Origin: an uncultured Bdellovibrionales bacterium
GTDB taxonomy: Bacteria; Patescibacteriota; Minisyncoccia; Moranbacterales; UBA1568
Direction of reading: 5' to 3'
DNA: 64,000 nucleotides
NCBI GenBank assembly: GCA_964384235.1
Contig: CAYLJX010000002.1
Location: forward strand, 114,660-178,659
Below the pieces are notes generated by a model. It saw only the letters and a list, made by a program, of their open reading frames with translations, made no database searches and was not told where the DNA came from. Below are positions 59,180-64,000 of the stretch, piece by piece. Position numbers and translations under genes: made by a program. Each line of letters opens with the position of its first letter. Position 1 is the first letter of the stretch.

Positions 59180-59971
59180 ATGGCTAAAGTCATCGGTTTC
59201 GTCAATCAGAAGGGCGGGGTAGGCAAGACCACTTCGACGATCAACGTGGCCACGTATCTCGCTGAGGCCGGGAAGAAGGTGCTCCTGGTGGATCTCGATC
59301 CGCAGGGGAACGCTTCGTCTGGTCTCGGTATCGATGCCAAGAGCCTGGAGAAGAACCTCTATCATGCCATGATCCTCGGGCTGCCGCCGCAAGAGATCAT
59401 CCTGCGCACAGGTACCGAGAGACTCCATATCATCCCGGCCGCGCAGGATCTGGCGGGTGCGGAGATCGAGATGGTACATCTGGAAAATCGCGAGTTTCGG
59501 CTGCATCACGTGCTTCGTCAGGTGCGTCCGTACTACGATTACATCCTGATCGACAGTCCGCCCAGTCTCGGGCTTCTCACGATCAACGGTCTCGTCGCTT
59601 CCGACGAGGTGGTGATCCCGGTACAGACGGAGTATTATGCGCTCGAGGGGCTTTCCCAGCTTTTGGGGACGATCGAGCTCGTCCGCGAGCATATCCAGCC
59701 GAACCTCAAGATCATGGGAGCGCTCCTGACGCTGTATGACCGCCGGAATCGTCTGGCGCGACAGGTGGTCAACGAGGTGCGAGCGCATTTTCCTGGCCCG
59801 GTGTTCGAGGATGTCGTCCCGCGTTCGGTTCGTCTGGCGGAGGCACCGAGTTATGGCAAGTCTATCCTGGATTTCGATGCATTCTCCAAAGGCGCCCGCG
59901 CCTACAAAGGTGTCGTCCGCGAGATGATCGCCCGGGAAGAAGAGGAGAAGAAGAAGTTAAAGGTACTCTAA
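59180..59971 (+). CDS. parA: chromosome-partitioning ATPase ParA/Soj
   Basis: Deviant Walker A NQKGGVGKTT. Confidence 0.85.
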   Translation: MAKVIGFVNQKGGVGKTTSTINVATYLAEAGKKVLLVDLDPQGNASSGLGIDAKSLEKNLYHAMILGLPPQEIILRTGTERLHIIPAAQDLAGAEIEMVHLENREFRLHHVLRQVRPYYDYILIDSPPSLGLLTINGLVASDEVVIPVQTEYYALEGLSQLLGTIELVREHIQPNLKIMGALLTLYDRRNRLARQVVNEVRAHFPGPVFEDVVPRSVRLAEAPSYGKSILDFDAFSKGARAYKGVVREMIAREEEEKKKLKVL

Positions 59972-59975
59972 CGAT

Positions 59976-60932
59976 ATGGCGCAACAATACGGACTGGGAC
60001 GGGGGCTCGCCTCACTCATCCCGCCCAAAAAGAAAGACGAGAAAAAAGACGAGACGAGATCCGCTTCCCCGTTCACCCCGGAGGAACTGGCTTCGCATCC
60101 GTCATCCGCTTCGGTGGTACCTCCCACTGTGGTATTGCCGGAGAACCACAGCACGTCGATTTTGGAAGTCCCCATCGGAAAGATCGTCCCCAATCCGCAC
60201 CAGCCGCGTCTCCATTTCGATGAGGAGAAGCTTGATGAGCTCGCCCAGTCGATCAGGGAGCACGGCATCCTGCAGCCGCTGGTGGTGACGAAGAACGGAA
60301 TCGATGGCTATGAGCTTATCGCTGGAGAACGTCGTTTCCAGGCCGCCAAGCGGGCTGGTCTCGGCACGGTACCGGTTGTGGTGCGCGACGTTCAGGAACA
60401 ACAGAAACTCGAGCTTGCTATCATTGAAAATACCCAGCGGCACAATCTTAATCCGATCGAGGAGGCCAAGGCGTATGCTCGGCTCATCGAAGAATTTGGT
60501 CTGCACCAGGAAGAAGTAGCCAAGAAGATGGGCAAGAGCCGGAGTTCCGTCGCCAACACGCTCCGTCTCCTGCATCTTCCGATAGAGATCCAGCGTGCGG
60601 TAGCGGAAGGTAAGATCAGTGAAGGTCATGCCAAGGCGCTTCTCGCTATCGAGAACCCGGAGAAACAGCGCGCGGTGTTCGACCTCATCATCAAGGAAGA
60701 GCTCACGGTACGGGAAACGGAAATGAAAGTACGGACGGTAGCTGTCAAACCGCATGTGCGGAGCACGGCCGTGGCGAGCCCGGAGATCGCTGCTCGTGCG
60801 GAGCACCTCATGCAGCTCCTCGGGACCAAAGTGAAGATCGCTCCTTCCGGAAAAGGTGGTCGTATCGTCATCGAATATTACTCACCGGAAGAACTGGAAG
60901 GGTTGTTTCAAAAGTTAGGGAACGGTGAATAA
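59976..60932 (+). CDS. parB: chromosome-partitioning protein ParB/Spo0J
   Basis: ParB box GERRFQAAKRAGL, HTH region, arginine patch. Confidence 0.85.
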   Translation: MAQQYGLGRGLASLIPPKKKDEKKDETRSASPFTPEELASHPSSASVVPPTVVLPENHSTSILEVPIGKIVPNPHQPRLHFDEEKLDELAQSIREHGILQPLVVTKNGIDGYELIAGERRFQAAKRAGLGTVPVVVRDVQEQQKLELAIIENTQRHNLNPIEEAKAYARLIEEFGLHQEEVAKKMGKSRSSVANTLRLLHLPIEIQRAVAEGKISEGHAKALLAIENPEKQRAVFDLIIKEELTVRETEMKVRTVAVKPHVRSTAVASPEIAARAEHLMQLLGTKVKIAPSGKGGRIVIEYYSPEELEGLFQKLGNGE

Positions 60933-60978
60933 TGCGTAGTGAGCAGAAAACATCGTCGAAAATCAGGAGCATGCAAAA

Positions 60979-61003
60979 GGAGCCGGTGGGCTCCTTTTTC
61001 TTT
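60979..61003. terminator. bidirectional rho-independent terminator between parB and the convergent manC-like gene
   Basis: aaaa-ggagcc-ggtg-ggctcc-ttttt. Confidence 0.6.
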
Positions 61004-61034
61004 GTCACGTACTAGTCACTACAAACTACTCACT

Positions 61035-62138
61035 CTACAGATAGAGTTCTTTCCCTTCCATTTTGAGTTTCTCGATCAGTTTCTTGATCTCTCCAGAGAC
61101 TTCGCTACGGCGGGCGACGAGGAGTGTGTCGTCGGTGTCGATGATGACGAGATCCCGGATCCCGAGCGTTGCGACGAGGCGGCTGTTGGCGAAGACGAGC
61201 GAATCCTTGCTTCCGAGATCGAGGTGGTTGCCGCGGGTGATCATCTCGCCGCCGGTCTTTTCCTGGAGGAAATCAAAGAGCGTTCCCCAGGAGCCGACGT
61301 CGCTCCATTTGAGTGGACTCGGGATGACGAGGCGTGTCTCGGGGGAGAGCTTCTCGACGATGAGTGTGTCGATCGGCTCGCTCGGCGTTTGTCCGTAGAG
61401 GTCTTCAAGGATTTTTTCGGTGAGTGTCCCGGCTTTCTGATGTTCAGAAATGCGTTTCATCGCCTCATGGAGTTCGGGGGAACACTTGGCCGTCCATTCC
61501 GCGAACGTGGCGGCGGAGAAGATGAAGTACCCGGCGTTCCAGAGGTATTCCCAGCCGGCGAGGTATTCCTCGGCGGTCTTCTGATCAGGTTTTTCCTTGA
61601 ACGCGTCGACAAGAAAGACCCGCTTTTCCTGACTGTTGGCCTTTTTCAGTTCCTTGCCCATCTTGATATAGCCGAGGCCGGTGTCGGGACGGGTCGGGTT
61701 GATACCGATGACCACGAGCCGGTCTTTGTGTTTGGAAACCGTTTCCAAGGCGGCCGTGATGGTGGTTACGAACTCGCCGGTGTTCTCGATGGCATGATCG
61801 GAGGCGATGGTCGCGACGATGGCCGAGGGGTCTCGGGACCGAAGCGTTTCGGCGACGAGGGCGATGGCGGGCGCGGTATTGCGGCTTTTCGGTTCGAGGA
61901 TGAGTTGGTCCTCGGTAAGGGAGGAGAGCTGTTCGAGGACGAGCTCGGCACAGGCCTTGGTCGTCGAGACGAAAATGTGGTCCTCAGGGACGACCTTGGA
62001 GATCCGGTCGAAGGTTTCCTGGATCATGGTCCGTGACGAGGTGAAGCGCTGAAACTGCTTGGGGGTGTCCTTGCGCGAGAGCGGCCAGAGGCGGGTGCCG
62101 GAACCGCCCGCCATAATGACGGCGTAGAAATGATCCAT
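61035..62138 (-). CDS. mannose-1-phosphate guanylyltransferase (NTP-transferase family)
   Basis: MDHFYAVIMAGGSGTRLWPLSR...KQF N-terminus typical of ManC/GMP. Confidence 0.75.
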   Translation of the reverse strand: MDHFYAVIMAGGSGTRLWPLSRKDTPKQFQRFTSSRTMIQETFDRISKVVPEDHIFVSTTKACAELVLEQLSSLTEDQLILEPKSRNTAPAIALVAETLRSRDPSAIVATIASDHAIENTGEFVTTITAALETVSKHKDRLVVIGINPTRPDTGLGYIKMGKELKKANSQEKRVFLVDAFKEKPDQKTAEEYLAGWEYLWNAGYFIFSAATFAEWTAKCSPELHEAMKRISEHQKAGTLTEKILEDLYGQTPSEPIDTLIVEKLSPETRLVIPSPLKWSDVGSWGTLFDFLQEKTGGEMITRGNHLDLGSKDSLVFANSRLVATLGIRDLVIIDTDDTLLVARRSEVSGEIKKLIEKLKMEGKELYL

Positions 62139-62530
62139 AGGGAAGAGTTAGCTTTTAGACATCTTTACAGTATACGAAAGTTCCAAAAAAAGGCAATGTT
62201 TGTTAGGTCGCAGGCGTTTTTCGTGAGTTTAAGACAGTTTTTTAGGGTAATGTGGGTATGAGTTTGAGATGATGAAAATCCCGAGCACTTCTTTGAAAGG
62301 AGAGGTGCCTTAGTTTTTACTTAATTCTCTTGACGCTGTTTCGTCGATTGAACATTTTCTTATTTGCAGTGCAGGGCTTATTATAAGGCAACTCAAAACA
62401 GACAAGATTGGAATTGTAGAAATAAAGACTTTCTTTTGGAAAGCGTCGTTTTATGGTAAAATTTCTTTTGTGAAGGGGAAAGGAAATCTTTTGAAAAAGG
62501 GAAATTTGGTGTCTAGGGGGTGATTGTGTT

Positions 62531-63238
62531 ATGGCAGACGTGTTCGCTCCAGAGGTGATGCCGGAGCGTAAGGGAGGAATCTTGCAAAGGGTGTGGCAGA
62601 GGGGGAGATGGATCCTTCTCCTGGTAGTTTTTGTCTTGTTCGGATTCAGCGGATACCTCTGGTGGCAGCGCGGCCAGTCGGTACCAGAAACGGTTGAGAT
62701 ACCGGAAGAGAAAACCGTGACGGAGAGCAAGTCGAGTCTCGTTCCCTCCGAAGCGCTGATTGAAACGGAACCACTTCCGCTCTTTGGTGATGGAAACTAC
62801 AAGAGCGAAAATTTTCAGGTAGGAGAAGTGGCGATTGGTGGCGAGGCGGAATTTCTTTTGTCGGAAGACAGTCCCGAGCCGCTCTCTATCGAGGACGTGC
62901 GAGGCGAGGCATTCACCGAAAAAAATAAGCCGGAGGTGCGTCTCGTCCTCTCCTGGAAGACCAACAAGCTTGCCCTCTCTCAAATTTCTTATTCCAAGGG
63001 GGTGGGTCAACCCGCCAAGTCGATCCAGGAAGATGATTACAGTCTCAGTCATAGCGTCGTCATCCCGGGATTGGATCAGGCCTCGACCTATGTCTACACC
63101 ATTACGGGGCAGGACCGTTACGGGAACGAAGTGACAAGCGAGGCGCATGCGGTGTATACAGGATCACGGACGGTATCGCTCTTTGACCTCATCGCGGACG
63201 CCGTGGGCGAGGTGTTCGGATGGGCGGTGAAGAAATAA
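62531..63238 (+). CDS. membrane-anchored hypothetical protein (beta-rich extracytoplasmic domain)
   Basis: TM helix aa 27-45. No motifs. Confidence 0.35.
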   Translation: MADVFAPEVMPERKGGILQRVWQRGRWILLLVVFVLFGFSGYLWWQRGQSVPETVEIPEEKTVTESKSSLVPSEALIETEPLPLFGDGNYKSENFQVGEVAIGGEAEFLLSEDSPEPLSIEDVRGEAFTEKNKPEVRLVLSWKTNKLALSQISYSKGVGQPAKSIQEDDYSLSHSVVIPGLDQASTYVYTITGQDRYGNEVTSEAHAVYTGSRTVSLFDLIADAVGEVFGWAVKK

Positions 63239-63342
63239 TGCTTTAGTTTTGTTTGGACTCATTAACCCTCTAGTCTTTAAAGAGAGTAAAGAGATGTAAT
63301 TCAAGATAAAAAACAGCTGTTGACAGGGTATGAAAACCATTT

Positions 63343-63369
63343 TTGATACGCGGAAAATCGTGGTATAAT
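63343..63369 (+). promoter_or_regulatory. sigma-70-like promoter with extended -10 (TTGATA ... TGgTATAAT)
   Basis: TGGTATAAT at about 63361-63369. TTGATA about 15 nt upstream. A perfect TTGACA also lies at about 63320-63325. ATG of the downstream ORF is at 63396. Confidence 0.5.
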
Positions 63370-63395
63370 TTCAGAGATATCCCGGTTGAAATGAC

Positions 63396-64000
63396 ATGCC
63401 GTTATATGTAAAAAATAAAAACCGAAAAACAGCATACCAAGTCCTCTTGATCGCAGTCGCGATAGGGACGTTATTTACAGGGTGGTACAATTTACGGCCT
63501 GTTTTTGCGCAGTCCGTCGAGGACTCTATTCGGCAGATTTCGCTTTCAGCATCGCTTTTTAACAATGAAGGACGCATTATTACTAATGGTACGTACGAAG
63601 TACGCTTTGGTATTTATACCAAAGACCGTACTTCAGCAGATCCGTATCCTTCCAATACCGACGGGGGAAGCCGTCTGTGGGAGGAGACGCAGACCGTGAC
63701 CGTAAAGAACGGTATCTTCCGGGTCTTTCTCGGGTCAGTGAACGCCTTTCCGGAAAGCCTTGATTTTGAGAACGGGGAGTACTATGTCGGGATGCGTATC
63801 GGGACCGATTCAGAAATGGTGCCTCGCAAAAAACTCGGGTCGGTGCCTCGTGCGCTCAATGCTGAGCGCTTGCAGGGCCGGAAGATCGGTACGGTACAAG
63901 GCGATATCGTGACGCTTGGCAAGGGCAACAAGATTGATATCAAGCAGCTACCGACCGGCGAGGGAGACAAGCAGTTGGTCCTAGGGAACGATCCCCGGTT
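63396..64000 (+). CDS. 3'-truncated secreted/membrane-anchored hypothetical protein
   Basis: ATG at 63396. Open frame runs to the window end. N-terminal TM/signal VLLIAVAIGTLFTGWY. Confidence 0.45.
   Translation, partial: MPLYVKNKNRKTAYQVLLIAVAIGTLFTGWYNLRPVFAQSVEDSIRQISLSASLFNNEGRIITNGTYEVRFGIYTKDRTSADPYPSNTDGGSRLWEETQTVTVKNGIFRVFLGSVNAFPESLDFENGEYYVGMRIGTDSEMVPRKKLGSVPRALNAERLQGRKIGTVQGDIVTLGKGNKIDIKQLPTGEGDKQLVLGNDPR

Noticed and set aside
59040-59180. Replication origin next to parAB (TTATCCAAA near 59045).
   Set aside because: Only a single one-mismatch DnaA-box-like site, with no cluster and no dnaA, dnaN or gyrB in the window.

Overview
The window is a dense, mostly plus-strand housekeeping stretch of a small bacterial genome. 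Gene content suggests a Candidate Phyla Radiation (Patescibacteria)-like organism: many aminoacyl-tRNA synthetases, a compact ATP-synthase operon, numerous membrane-anchored hypothetical proteins and a SET-domain protein. Estimated GC is about 55-58 %, and standard code 11 gives long clean ORFs.

Supported genes:
- A split MacB-type ABC exporter with a partial upstream membrane-fusion protein.
- Housekeeping enzymes pyrC, mnmA, a MutY-like glycosylase, lgt, tgt, rsmI, tatD, folD and uppP.
- Five aminoacyl-tRNA synthetases: argS, ileS, glyQS, metG and leuS.
- The F0F1 ATP-synthase operon atpB-E-F-H-A-G-D-C.
- A minus-strand smpB - tmRNA - infC - rpmI - rplT array.
- parA/parB, a tRNA-Leu(CAA), a sensor histidine kinase with no partner response regulator, two AI-2E family transporters, an M16 peptidase, and a LysM + lytic transglycosylase next to a DUF11-repeat surface protein.
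- A cell-envelope cluster: lgt, an exported thioredoxin-fold CxxC protein, two tandem paralogs sharing a Cys-containing C-terminal domain, a membrane protein, and a clan GH-A glycosidase.

No rRNA, CRISPR array, integrase or transposase was seen.

The main unexplained signals are:
1. Several short repeat families (GTTAAC-rich, GTAT/ATAC-rich, AAAGTC-rich) that sit between genes, even inside operons. Related short repeats also occur as in-frame insertions inside argS, ileS, tgt, leuS and the mutY-like gene.
2. A roughly 150-nt inverted-repeat element present twice in opposite orientation, with compensatory stem changes that suggest a structured RNA or MITE-like element.
3. A candidate T-box leader upstream of ileS.
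4. A small membrane-protein gene antisense inside the atp operon.
5. The tandem paralog pair with its own thiol-disulfide oxidoreductase candidate.

ORF boundaries come from the supplied ORF track. Coordinates of repeats, hairpins and RNA genes were read by eye from the sequence; treat them as approximate, within about 10 nt.
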